Translations under genes and position numbers: made by a program
NCBI GenBank assembly: GCA_963741955.1
Contig: CAVUKB010000005.1
Location: 768,001-832,000 of the forward strand
Origin: an uncultured Acidobacteriota bacterium
GTDB lineage: Bacteria > Acidobacteriota > Thermoanaerobaculia > Gp7-AA8
Direction: 5' to 3'
Length of the DNA stretch: 64,000 bases
Shown here: one piece after another, positions 49,040 to 58,057 of the stretch
Layout: each line of letters begins with the position of its first letter
Position numbering within the stretch: the first letter of the stretch is position 1
The notes under the pieces: model-generated
The model's database searches: none
Told to the model about the DNA's origin: nothing
The model's input: the letters and a program-made list of their open reading frames with translations, nothing else

Positions 49040-49426
49040 CTACCCTGAGATGTCCCTCGTCACCGTGATCTGGTCCGCGACCCATTTTCCGCTGCTGTTG
49101 CTTCCGGTCACCGAGATCTGATCGCCCCTCTCCAGATCCGTCGGCGAGTACGTCTTCCCTTGATACACCACGGTCGTGTTCGAGTCCCAGTAGATCGAAG
49201 AACCCGGCTGTGCGTTTCTGAGATTGTTCACCGTCGACACGTCGAGGTCGATCCTCTGCGCGGTCGGATTCACCGCCGTCACCGTCCCCTGAATCGTCGA
49301 CTGGTTCTGCGGCCCCGTGCTCCCGAGAATCGTCCCCAGATCGCCGAGGCTCCCGAGCGAGCTGCATCCCGCAGTCAGCAGAACGAAGAGAAAGCCCGCC
49401 GCGAGAATCGAAAATCTTTGCCTCAT
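49040..49426 (-). CDS. Small lipoprotein (DUF5666/OB-fold-like)
   Basis: Lipobox TAGC, DLERGDQISVTG...ADQI; GGAGG RBS. Confidence 0.7.
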   Translation of the reverse strand: MRQRFSILAAGFLFVLLTAGCSSLGSLGDLGTILGSTGPQNQSTIQGTVTAVNPTAQRIDLDVSTVNNLRNAQPGSSIYWDSNTTVVYQGKTYSPTDLERGDQISVTGSNSSGKWVADQITVTRDISG

Positions 49427-49464
49427 CTGTTGCCTCCGGAGAGAATGAGAGCAAGGATCACGCC

Positions 49465-50691
49465 TTGGAACGACGTCGAGACCTCTGGCTTCCTCTCCCG
49501 CTCTTCGCCATCCTCTTCTACTTCTCGGAGGGCCTCCCCTTCGGAGTGGTCAACGAGCTCTTTCCGCTCTACCTCCGCGAGAAAGGCGTTTCGCTCCACG
49601 ACATCGGCCTCCTGAGCATCCCCGCACTCGCCTGGACCTTGAAGTTCTTCTGGTCTCCTCTCGTCGACCGGTACGGCAGCTACCGACGCTGGATCGCCGG
49701 CGCGCTCGGCGGGATCACGATCTCGATCGCGTTCTTCGCCCTGACCGGCAGCACGTCGGGCGCGTTCTTCTGGAGCGCGGTCACCCTCCTGGCGGTCGGA
49801 TCCGCCACTCAGGACATCGCGGTCGATGCGTACACCATCCGCGCCACTCCGCGGAAGGATCTCGGCTGGGTCAACTCGATCCGCATCACCGCGTACCGCG
49901 TCGCGATCATCGCGGCGGGCGGCGGGATGGCAGCGCTGGCGAGCTTCACCAGTTGGAGGACGAGCTTCCGGGTGGCAGCGATGGTCGCCGCCGCGATCCT
50001 CTTCTGCACGCTCACTCTCGTCCCTCCGGACCGCGGGGAAGCGTCCCAGCGCTCTCTCGTCCGCGGCCTCGCCGATTGGCTCACCCGTCCCAACGCCGCC
50101 ATCCTCCTCGCTCTCGTTCTTCTCTTCCGGATCGGAGACTCCGCGCTCGCGCCGATGATCAAACCGTTCTGGGTGGACCGCGGATACTCCGCCGCCGAGA
50201 TCGGAACGGTCACCACGGTGATCGGAGTGACGTTCACCATCCTCGGCGGGATCGCAGGGGGATGGGTCGTGACGCGGATCGGGATCTACCGCAGCCTTCT
50301 CTGGCTCGGTATCGTCCAGATGCTCTCGAACGGTGGATACGCTCTGGTCGCGATGACCGGCGCCGGACGCATTCCGATCTACTCCGCTGCGATCGTGGAG
50401 AACTTCACCGGCGGGCTGGGGATCGCCGCGTTCCTCGCGTTCCTCATGGCGATCTGCGACCGGCGTTACGCGGCCACCGAGTACGCGCTGCTCAGCGCCC
50501 TCTTCGGTCTCACCCGTTCGATCGCCGGCGCCATCAGCGGATACTCCGCCGAGGCGCTCGGGTACGCCGATTACTTCTGGCTGACGGTGCTGCTCGGAGC
50601 GGTGCCGCTCCTGCTTCTGCCGGTAGCGAGGCGTGCGATCGAGCTCGCGACGGCCGATACGGGGACGGACGCATTCGTCGAGGTGGAGTGA
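49465..50691 (+). CDS. ampG: AmpG-like MFS permease
   Basis: LYFSEGLP, KFFWSPLVD, SATQDIAVDAY, ATEYALLS. Confidence 0.85.
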   Translation: MERRRDLWLPLPLFAILFYFSEGLPFGVVNELFPLYLREKGVSLHDIGLLSIPALAWTLKFFWSPLVDRYGSYRRWIAGALGGITISIAFFALTGSTSGAFFWSAVTLLAVGSATQDIAVDAYTIRATPRKDLGWVNSIRITAYRVAIIAAGGGMAALASFTSWRTSFRVAAMVAAAILFCTLTLVPPDRGEASQRSLVRGLADWLTRPNAAILLALVLLFRIGDSALAPMIKPFWVDRGYSAAEIGTVTTVIGVTFTILGGIAGGWVVTRIGIYRSLLWLGIVQMLSNGGYALVAMTGAGRIPIYSAAIVENFTGGLGIAAFLAFLMAICDRRYAATEYALLSALFGLTRSIAGAISGYSAEALGYADYFWLTVLLGAVPLLLLPVARRAIELATADTGTDAFVEVE

Positions 50692-50706
50692 GTGCGCGCA
50701 GGACGC

Positions 50707-53211
50707 TCAGCGTGAATCCGGTGCGCGCGATCCCCGCAACATCGCGCTCAGCGCCTGCAGATGCCGGTGGAACTCGACCTCTCTCTCCCGTCCGCGTTTC
50801 TCGAGAAGCTCGCGGTCCGTTTCGGACGTGGTCGCGAATCCATCCTGCAGAGGCGAGATCGCGCGGAGAAGCATCCGGAAGTTCGCGTACCAGGAGAGGT
50901 CGCGGTCGATCAGGCGTCCGCTCTCGTACTCCACCGCCGGGAGATCGTCGACGTGCGGCGGAACTCCCCTGGTGATGCGTGCGACGTCGGCCGGATCGAG
51001 AAGGAGACACGCCGCCGCGTCCGCGGGATCATCGATCCCGATCTGCGAGAGCTCCGCACGGACCGCCGGAGTGAAGTGCGCCTTCAGGCGGTCGAACGGA
51101 ATCGGGCCTTTCTCCATTCGGCCGATCACGATCGTGAACGCGTTCGGTACGTTCGGGACGTACCAGACCGTGGTGTTCGGGAAGACTTCGCGGAAGGCTT
51201 CCAGGATCATGAGGTAATTTCGCGAAGTCAGCGAGTACGTAGGGAGCCACATCGAGATCACGCCGTCGGGATTCAGCCGCGCGCGACAGAGCTCGAAATA
51301 GTCTTTGGTATAGAGGGAGCCGTTCCCCGCATACCGCGGGTGGATGGAGTCGGAAAGGATCACGTCGAACTTCTCCGGGGTGGCCATGATGAAGTTCCGC
51401 CCGTCGTTGATCTCCACCTTCACGCGGGGATCACGGAGCACGCCGTGATTCACCTGCTGCAGGCGCTTCCCGGAGACGTCGAGCACCTCGGGTGAGATCT
51501 CCACGATCCGGATCTGTTCGACCGGATGCCGCGAGACCGCCCATGCCGTCCCTCCGCTCCCGAAGCCGATGTGAACCACCTTCTTCGCGTTCGGATGGAT
51601 CATCAGAGGGAGATGCCCCTGGAGCATCTGCGTACCGATCAGGTCCGGCGCGGTGCCGGCCACGTTCACTCCATTCAGCTCGAGCGAGAGGCTCTTCGGC
51701 CCGAGGCGGCGGAGGGTCACGGTCGCGGAAACGTCCTCACGGAAGACCAGTACCGGGGCCTTCGAGTCGGCGAACATCCCTGCGGAGAGAAGAACCTCGC
51801 CGGGGCGCATCACGGCGAACGACGCGGTGACCACTGCGATCGAGAGTGCTGCGACGGCGATCGGGATCGCGCGACGGGAGGAGCGCAGGCCGAACCAGAG
51901 GCCGACGGCTGCGTTGATCAGCGCCATCAGGAGAAGCCCGTTCTGGGAGCCGATCGCCCGGATCAGGACGAAACCCGCCATCAGCGATCCGAGAATGCTT
52001 CCGATGGTGTTGAAAAGATAGACCCGCCCGACCGCCGCCCCCTCCCCTTCACCGGCACGCGCACCGTAGAGCCGGACCACCAGTGGAAACGTGGCCCCCA
52101 TCAGGGCGGTCGGGATGAGGAGAGCCGAAAGAACGCTCCCGAGAAATGCGAAGAGAGCGTGACCCGGACTCGCCGATCCGGCCAACCCCGCGAACCAGAC
52201 CAGAACGTCGGCGAAGCGGGTGAAGTAGAAGAGCTGAAGCGCGAGAGCGATCGCGAGAGCCGTCTCCAGGAGAGCGAGCGCGCGTACCACGTCGATCCGT
52301 TCGATCCAGATCCGGATCAACGCGCTTCCGATCGCGAGGCCGACGAGGAAAGTGAAGAGCATCAGCGCGAACGCGTACACGCTGCTCCCGAGGTGCAGCA
52401 CGAGAATCCGGGTCCAGAAGACCTCGTCCGCAATCGATGTGAATCCCATCAGGAGGGTCGCGACGAGGATCGGCAGTGTCCCTGCGCGGAACGACTCCAC
52501 CGCAGCCACCGGAGTCTCCTCCCGCACCGGCATTTCCTTCCGCAGCCACGCCACCAGCAGCGCGGAAAGCGCGAGAGCGAAGTTCAGGAGGACTGCGATG
52601 GCGATCGTGCGCACCAGGCCCACGGTCGGGATGAGGAAGAATCCGGAGATCGCCACGCCCGCGGTCGCGCCGAACGTGTTGACGGCGTAGAGCGCAGCGA
52701 CGGCGCGGCCGGTTCCCGCTTCGCCGCCGCTGAACCAGCGCACCAGGAGCGGAAGAGTTCCGCCCATCAGGATCGTCGGCGGCAGGAGAAAGAGCGCCGC
52801 GAGACCCGCACGCGCGACCGCGAGCAGCGTCGGATCGGTGGTCAGCATCCGGAACGCGGCGATGTACGCATCGTCGAGGAGGTGGAACGCGTTCGGCGAA
52901 TACGCGCCGATCGCCCCGATCACCCCCTCCAGTACTGCGTACGCGATGAGAGGACGGGAGAGTCGGAAGCGGTCGCCGAAGAGATATCCGCCGACTCCGA
53001 GCCCGGCGAGGAAGATCGCGACGAGCGTGGCCGCCGCATAGACGGTGTTTCCGAACACCAGTCCCAGATACTTCAGCCAGACGACCTGGTAGATCAGTGA
53101 GCTGATCCCGGAGACGAAGAAGACGGCCAGGACCGCGGCTCTCGCGAAGCCGGCAGGAATGCCGTCGCTCGCGAGCATCTTCGCGCGCGGAATGGGAATG
53201 CCCTCACTCAT
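50707..53211 (-). CDS. Membrane-fused spermidine-synthase-like methyltransferase
   Basis: SLIYQVVW / MGGTLP TM repeats; IGFGSGGT, DGRNF, FDVILSD. Confidence 0.85.
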   Translation of the reverse strand: MSEGIPIPRAKMLASDGIPAGFARAAVLAVFFVSGISSLIYQVVWLKYLGLVFGNTVYAAATLVAIFLAGLGVGGYLFGDRFRLSRPLIAYAVLEGVIGAIGAYSPNAFHLLDDAYIAAFRMLTTDPTLLAVARAGLAALFLLPPTILMGGTLPLLVRWFSGGEAGTGRAVAALYAVNTFGATAGVAISGFFLIPTVGLVRTIAIAVLLNFALALSALLVAWLRKEMPVREETPVAAVESFRAGTLPILVATLLMGFTSIADEVFWTRILVLHLGSSVYAFALMLFTFLVGLAIGSALIRIWIERIDVVRALALLETALAIALALQLFYFTRFADVLVWFAGLAGSASPGHALFAFLGSVLSALLIPTALMGATFPLVVRLYGARAGEGEGAAVGRVYLFNTIGSILGSLMAGFVLIRAIGSQNGLLLMALINAAVGLWFGLRSSRRAIPIAVAALSIAVVTASFAVMRPGEVLLSAGMFADSKAPVLVFREDVSATVTLRRLGPKSLSLELNGVNVAGTAPDLIGTQMLQGHLPLMIHPNAKKVVHIGFGSGGTAWAVSRHPVEQIRIVEISPEVLDVSGKRLQQVNHGVLRDPRVKVEINDGRNFIMATPEKFDVILSDSIHPRYAGNGSLYTKDYFELCRARLNPDGVISMWLPTYSLTSRNYLMILEAFREVFPNTTVWYVPNVPNAFTIVIGRMEKGPIPFDRLKAHFTPAVRAELSQIGIDDPADAAACLLLDPADVARITRGVPPHVDDLPAVEYESGRLIDRDLSWYANFRMLLRAISPLQDGFATTSETDRELLEKRGREREVEFHRHLQALSAMLRGSRAPDSR

Positions 53212-53311
53212 CGAACTCGGATCCGGAACTGCTGAACGGTGAACAGCGGGACGAACGAGGGGTATTTCGAAGCTACTGTCAAACGCCCCTACAGGGCGGC
53301 CCCCGGCCGCC

Positions 53312-53560
53312 AAATCCTCGATGCCTTTCAGATCCTCGATCCTCGATCCTCGATGCCTTTCAGATCCTCGATCCTCGATCCGCGATGCCTTTCCGCAACC
53401 CCAGGACTGCGTCCTGGGCTATTGTCAAACGCCCCTACGGGGCTGCCCCGAACCCCCAATCCGCGCTGTCTTTCAGATCCTCGATCATCGATCGTCGATC
53501 CTCGATGTCTTTCAGATCCTCGATCCGCGATGCCTTTCAGATAATCGATGCTCGATGCTC
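53312..53560. repeat. Second two-tier GATCCTC / GATGYCTTTCA repeat, interrupted by a REP-like unit
   Basis: Same grammar as 39534-39703, more degenerate. Confidence 0.9.
53397..53444. repeat. REP-like double hairpin
   Basis: CCCAGGAC-TGC-GTCCTGGG plus GCCCC-TAC-GGGGC; partial second copy at 53272-53297. Confidence 0.6.
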
Positions 53561-53577
53561 TCGTGTATCGTTTCGTC

Positions 53578-54288
53578 GTGAAGAACCGCTTCCACGTTCC
53601 CGAGCTCCCGCCTCCGGGCGAGAGCGTCGAGCTGACCGGCGACGAATTCCATCACGCCGTGCGCGTTCACCGCTCGCGTGAGGGAGAAGAGGTCGAGCTC
53701 TTCGACGGGCGCGGCGGCTGCGCGGAAGGCGTCATCCGCGAGGTCGGCAAATCATCCGCGCGGGTGGAGATCCTCGCGCCGCTCGGAATATCGCGCGAGA
53801 GCGCGCTCGAGCTGACCCTCGCCATGGCGCTGATCCAGATGGAGCGATTCGAGCTCGTGCTCCAGAAAGCGACGGAGCTCGGGGTACGGCGGATCATTCC
53901 CATGACCACGGAGCGGACCGAGATCCGCGCCGGGCGTGCCGCGGGGCGTCATGGCCGGTGGGAGAAGATCGTGATGGAGGCGGTCAAGCAGTGCGGACGC
54001 AGCATGGTCCCCGCCGTCGAGGAGATCACGTCGTTCGACGCGGTGCTCGCGCTCGCCATCCCGAAAGTCCTCTTCGAGTCCGACCTCCCTCCCGGAGTGC
54101 TCGGGGTCTCGAGCGGCGAGCTCGCAGCGATGGTCGGACCGGAGGGAGGATGGTCCCCGGACGAGCTTCAGCGGGCGCTCGACCGCGGCTGCATCCCCCG
54201 CTCTCTCGGACCGCGGCGGCTGCGCGCGGAGACGGCTGCGATCGCGGGCCTCTCCCTCCTCCAATCCTCTCTCGGCGACCTCGGTTGA
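53578..54288 (+). CDS. rsmE: 16S rRNA m3U1498 methyltransferase
   Basis: HAVRVHR, QKATELGV, EAVKQCGR, VGPEGGW, LRAETA. Confidence 0.95.
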   Translation: MKNRFHVPELPPPGESVELTGDEFHHAVRVHRSREGEEVELFDGRGGCAEGVIREVGKSSARVEILAPLGISRESALELTLAMALIQMERFELVLQKATELGVRRIIPMTTERTEIRAGRAAGRHGRWEKIVMEAVKQCGRSMVPAVEEITSFDAVLALAIPKVLFESDLPPGVLGVSSGELAAMVGPEGGWSPDELQRALDRGCIPRSLGPRRLRAETAAIAGLSLLQSSLGDLG

Positions 54289-54403
54289 TCCGATCCGCGT
54301 TTCCTGTGGTACCTTGATTGGTCGCCGCGGGTGTGCGCGGCCGGCGACTTCCCTCTCAGAAGTGATACATTACCGCCCGAGTTTTCAGTTGGAGGATCTC
54401 CGC

Positions 54404-55690
54404 TTGCCGCAGGACAGCTTGACCATCACCGACAACCGCACCGGAAAAACCTACCAGGTTCCGATCAGCGACGGCACCATCCGCGCTCTCGATCTGCGAC
54501 AGATCAAAGTCGTGGAGGACGAGTTCGGGATGATGACCTACGACCCCGCCTTCATGAACACTGCGTCCTGCAAGAGCGCGATCACGTTCATCGACGGGGA
54601 CAAGGGAATCCTCGAGTACCGCGGCTATCCGATCGAGCAGCTCGCCGAGTACAGCACGTTTCTCGAGACGGCGTACCTTCTCCTCTACGGCCGGCTGCCG
54701 AGCCAGGCCGAGCTCGACGACTGGACTCTGAACATCACCCACCACACCATCATTCACGAGAACATCAAGAAATTCATCGACGGCTTCCGTTACGACGCGC
54801 ATCCGATGGGGATGCTCATCTCCACCGTCGGCGCGCTCAGCACGTTCTACCCCGAGGCGAAGAACATCCACGACGCATCGGTGCGCGAGCGTCAGATCTA
54901 CCGGCTGATCGCGAAAATGCCGACCCTCGCAGCGTTCGCGTACCGGCACATTCTCGGGATGCCGTTCGCGTATCCGGACAACGACCTCTCCTACACCGGC
55001 AACTTCCTGAACATGATGTACAAGATGACGGAAGTGCGGTACAGACCCGACCCCGTCCTGGAACGCGCGCTGGACGTCCTTTTCATTCTCCACGCCGATC
55101 ACGAGCAGAACTGCTCGACCAGCGCGATGCGCAGCGTCGGCAGCTCGCACGTCGATCCGTATTCGGCGGTGGCCGCGGCGTCTGCCGCGCTCTACGGACC
55201 GCTGCACGGCGGAGCGAACGAAGCCGTCCTCCGGATGCTGACGGAGATCGGGTCGATCAGCAACATCCCCGGATTCATCAAGCGGGTCAAGGCGGGCGAA
55301 GTCCGCCTGATGGGATTCGGTCATCGGGTCTACAAAAACTACGACCCGCGCGCGAAGATCATCAAGCGCACCGCCTACGAAGTGTTCGACGTGACCGGGA
55401 AGAGCCCTCTTCTCGACATCGCGCTCGAGCTCGAGCGGATCGCGCTGGAAGACGACTACTTCGTCTCCCGCAAGCTCTACCCCAACGTCGACTTCTACTC
55501 GGGACTGATCTACCAGTCGATGCACTTCCCGACCAGCCTCTTCCCGGTCCTCTTCGCCATCCCGCGCGTGGCCGGCTGGCTGGCACAGTGGTCGGAGATG
55601 CTCCAGGATCCGGATCAGAAGATCGCGCGGCCGCGGCAGATCTACGTCGGCTCGCGGAACCTCGACTATGTGGGGATAGGAAGCCGGTAA
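54404..55690 (+). CDS. gltA: Citrate synthase
   Basis: ILHADHEQNCS, GPLHGGAN, GFGHRVY, PNVDFYSG; TTG start behind GGAGG. Confidence 0.97.
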   Translation: MPQDSLTITDNRTGKTYQVPISDGTIRALDLRQIKVVEDEFGMMTYDPAFMNTASCKSAITFIDGDKGILEYRGYPIEQLAEYSTFLETAYLLLYGRLPSQAELDDWTLNITHHTIIHENIKKFIDGFRYDAHPMGMLISTVGALSTFYPEAKNIHDASVRERQIYRLIAKMPTLAAFAYRHILGMPFAYPDNDLSYTGNFLNMMYKMTEVRYRPDPVLERALDVLFILHADHEQNCSTSAMRSVGSSHVDPYSAVAAASAALYGPLHGGANEAVLRMLTEIGSISNIPGFIKRVKAGEVRLMGFGHRVYKNYDPRAKIIKRTAYEVFDVTGKSPLLDIALELERIALEDDYFVSRKLYPNVDFYSGLIYQSMHFPTSLFPVLFAIPRVAGWLAQWSEMLQDPDQKIARPRQIYVGSRNLDYVGIGSR

Positions 55691-55694
55691 AGGC

Positions 55695-56177
55695 GTGGTG
55701 GACGAAGCGACGGTCGAATCCGTCCTGCAGGAGATCAACCAGCTCGACGAGGCGTCGGGAAACAGAATCGTAGAAGAGCTCGGCCAGAAGCAGCCGGACC
55801 TTTTCGCATTCGTGATCGCATTCTCAGAGCGCTTCTCCCCTGACGCTTCCGGTCTCGCCATCTATCTCTTCATCGCGATCTACCGGATGTTCGAGAAGAC
55901 GCACGGCTCGATCCGCAGGATCCGCCCCGGCCGGATCGAGCGCGGCTACGACCAGACGACGAAAGCCATCCGCTCCCTCGAACAGACCGCCGAGAGCTTC
56001 CTCGACTCGCCTGCCACGACCCTCGGCGGCGACGAGCCTTGGGTGACGAAGTACGTCCTCGACGCAATCTTCGAGGACGCCGATCCGGATCACGAGATTC
56101 CGGAAGACGATCAGGGACGGATGTTCCTCCTTCTCCACACCGTGATCGATCTCCTTCACGACCCGAAGAAAGAGTGA
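55695..56177 (+). CDS. Hypothetical protein
   Basis: 160-aa ORF directly after gltA with coding-like composition. Confidence 0.65.
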   Translation: MVDEATVESVLQEINQLDEASGNRIVEELGQKQPDLFAFVIAFSERFSPDASGLAIYLFIAIYRMFEKTHGSIRRIRPGRIERGYDQTTKAIRSLEQTAESFLDSPATTLGGDEPWVTKYVLDAIFEDADPDHEIPEDDQGRMFLLLHTVIDLLHDPKKE

Positions 56178-56375
56178 ACGCCGACTCGATGTCATGAGTG
56201 CGGACTGCGGGAGATCTCGCGACTGCGAATCTCAGCGGCTGAAAGGAGATCGTTCAGTGGGGTAGCCGCGGCGCCTCGACACTCCGTCCACAGCCTTCTG
56301 CATGCAGGCCTCTGTGCAGAATAATATTCTCTGTAACAAGCTTTCTACAGAACAATATGCGCCTAAATGGCGACA

Positions 56376-56834
56376 TTACCGAATGATCTTCGGCGCTTCC
56401 CAGCCGTACCGCAAATCGATCGTCTGCTCTTTGCGCGGGCCGGCGATGGACCAGCTGAGTGCGACCGAATCCTCCCGCAGCTCGAGCCGCGCCGAGTACG
56501 AATCGTCGCCGCACCGATGCGGGTCGACCGAGTTCCAGAGGGATTCCGATTCGGGAGCGAAGTCGACGAGATGAACCGGGCGGTCCGGACCGAGGCGCAG
56601 ATGCTCCAGCCGAACGCCGCGCGACGATGTCAGGGACCAGCGGTAGACGTTCCGGAATCCCACCCCGGTCAGCCACTTCCCCTCCTCGAGGAACACGACT
56701 GCCTCGGCGGACGGCGACTCGACCGTGACCGATCCCGAACCCTCGCCGCTCCAGCCGGACACTCCGGTCGCGCGGGCCGAGACGCGAAGCTCCCCGACCC
56801 TGCGAAGCCGTTCGAGAATCTCTGACGAATCCAT
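56376..56834 (-). CDS. DUF6314-like protein
   Basis: NVYRW, HLRLG, PHRCGDDSY, WSIAGPRK. Confidence 0.7.
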   Translation of the reverse strand: MDSSEILERLRRVGELRVSARATGVSGWSGEGSGSVTVESPSAEAVVFLEEGKWLTGVGFRNVYRWSLTSSRGVRLEHLRLGPDRPVHLVDFAPESESLWNSVDPHRCGDDSYSARLELREDSVALSWSIAGPRKEQTIDLRYGWEAPKIIR

Positions 56835-56934
56835 CCTGCGCTTCATCGTCGCCGATCCGTCGCGACTCCGCAACGGACGTCTCGACGCTCCTTCGACTCG
56901 AGGAACGGCGAGATGAATTGCCCGGCGCCGGGTT

Positions 56935-57158
56935 ACCCAATGGCCCGAACTTAAGCAAGATCCGAGTCTCAGCCGGGAGTCGGCGCGAGCTTGCTGGGCA
57001 GCGAAGGATCCCCTCTCCGAGGGGCGCCACGGCTCCCGCCGTGGCCGCGCAGATCGCCTTCAGAACGCAACGAGACGACACTTGCGGCAGATGCGCAGTA
57101 ACTCCGCGCATCGGCTCTGTGAACACCCACAGTGCCCCTCAAGTTCGGGCCACTGGAT
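56935..57158. mobile_element. MITE-like element, family C (224 bp)
   Basis: Near-identical to 46930-47153; abuts the TAG stop of the neighbouring gene. Confidence 0.85.
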
Positions 57159-57377
57159 CTACGCTCGCTTCGGGATCACGAGCAGGAGGGCGCCCGCGGC
57201 GATCGAGCCGATGCCCGCCCACAGCGGGATGTTCACCGTACGCTTTTCCTGCATGGAGAAAGTGACGGGCCCCATCCTGGCCTCGTGTGTCGAGCGCGTG
57301 TAGGTGAACCCGCCGTACACGAGCGCGGCGATGCCGGCCACGATCAGTACGATCGCGAGAATCTTCAGTCCGCTCAA
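57159..57377 (-). CDS. Small two-TM membrane protein
   Basis: TTG start behind GGAGG; LAIVLIVAGIAALVYGGFTY...IPLWAG. Confidence 0.75.
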   Translation of the reverse strand: MSGLKILAIVLIVAGIAALVYGGFTYTRSTHEARMGPVTFSMQEKRTVNIPLWAGIGSIAAGALLLVIPKRA

Positions 57378-57631
57378 GAGAACCTCCTTCGTGAGGAGAG
57401 GGCACGTACGATCAGGAGGAGCACCACGGCGCCGATGAATGCGACGATCAATGCGCCGATCAAGCCGCCTCCGAGGCTCACCCCGCTGAAGGAGAACAGC
57501 CATCCGCCGAGGAAAGCGCCGATGATGCCCACGACGATGTCACCGAGGAGGCCGAAGCCGCTGCCTTTCATGAACTGACCGGCCAACCAGCCGGCGATCG
57601 CACCGATGATTACGAACCATAAGAATGCCAT
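57374..57631 (-). CDS. GlsB/YeaQ/YmgE stress-response membrane protein
   Basis: IIGAIAGWLAG...GDIVVGIIGAFLGG. Confidence 0.9.
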   Translation of the reverse strand: MAFLWFVIIGAIAGWLAGQFMKGSGFGLLGDIVVGIIGAFLGGWLFSFSGVSLGGGLIGALIVAFIGAVVLLLIVRALSSRRRFS

Positions 57632-58057
57632 GGAATCCTTCTTTCTCTTGTCAGGACAGCGCGGAAAGTCACTTGTCGCCGGACTGCATCGCACCACCGA
57701 TGCAGCGTTTCGAGCCGAGCTGCACCGCGATGGCCGCTCTTGTCGTACTGGTGAATCCACGGATGAGAACCCGGCGGCGGGCGTCTGGCAGGGCCGCCGG
57801 TTTTCGATGGAGAGAACGCTCCCCGTCACGTGAGGCTGCAAGAGGCTCGCCAACAGGCTCGGCGGCATGTCGCCATGTGCTCGATCGCACACCGTGCGAT
57901 CGCTCTCCAGGGCTCGCTGCCGTTTCGACGAAAGAACGCTGTTCGCGCCGCCCGGAGCGTCGACCGGCGACGGCGGCACCGTGACGGGCGCGGCGACATT
58001 GCACGCACCCCGCAACGCGCGTAGGATCGGCGAATCTCCGACAGACGAGGTGCAGGA

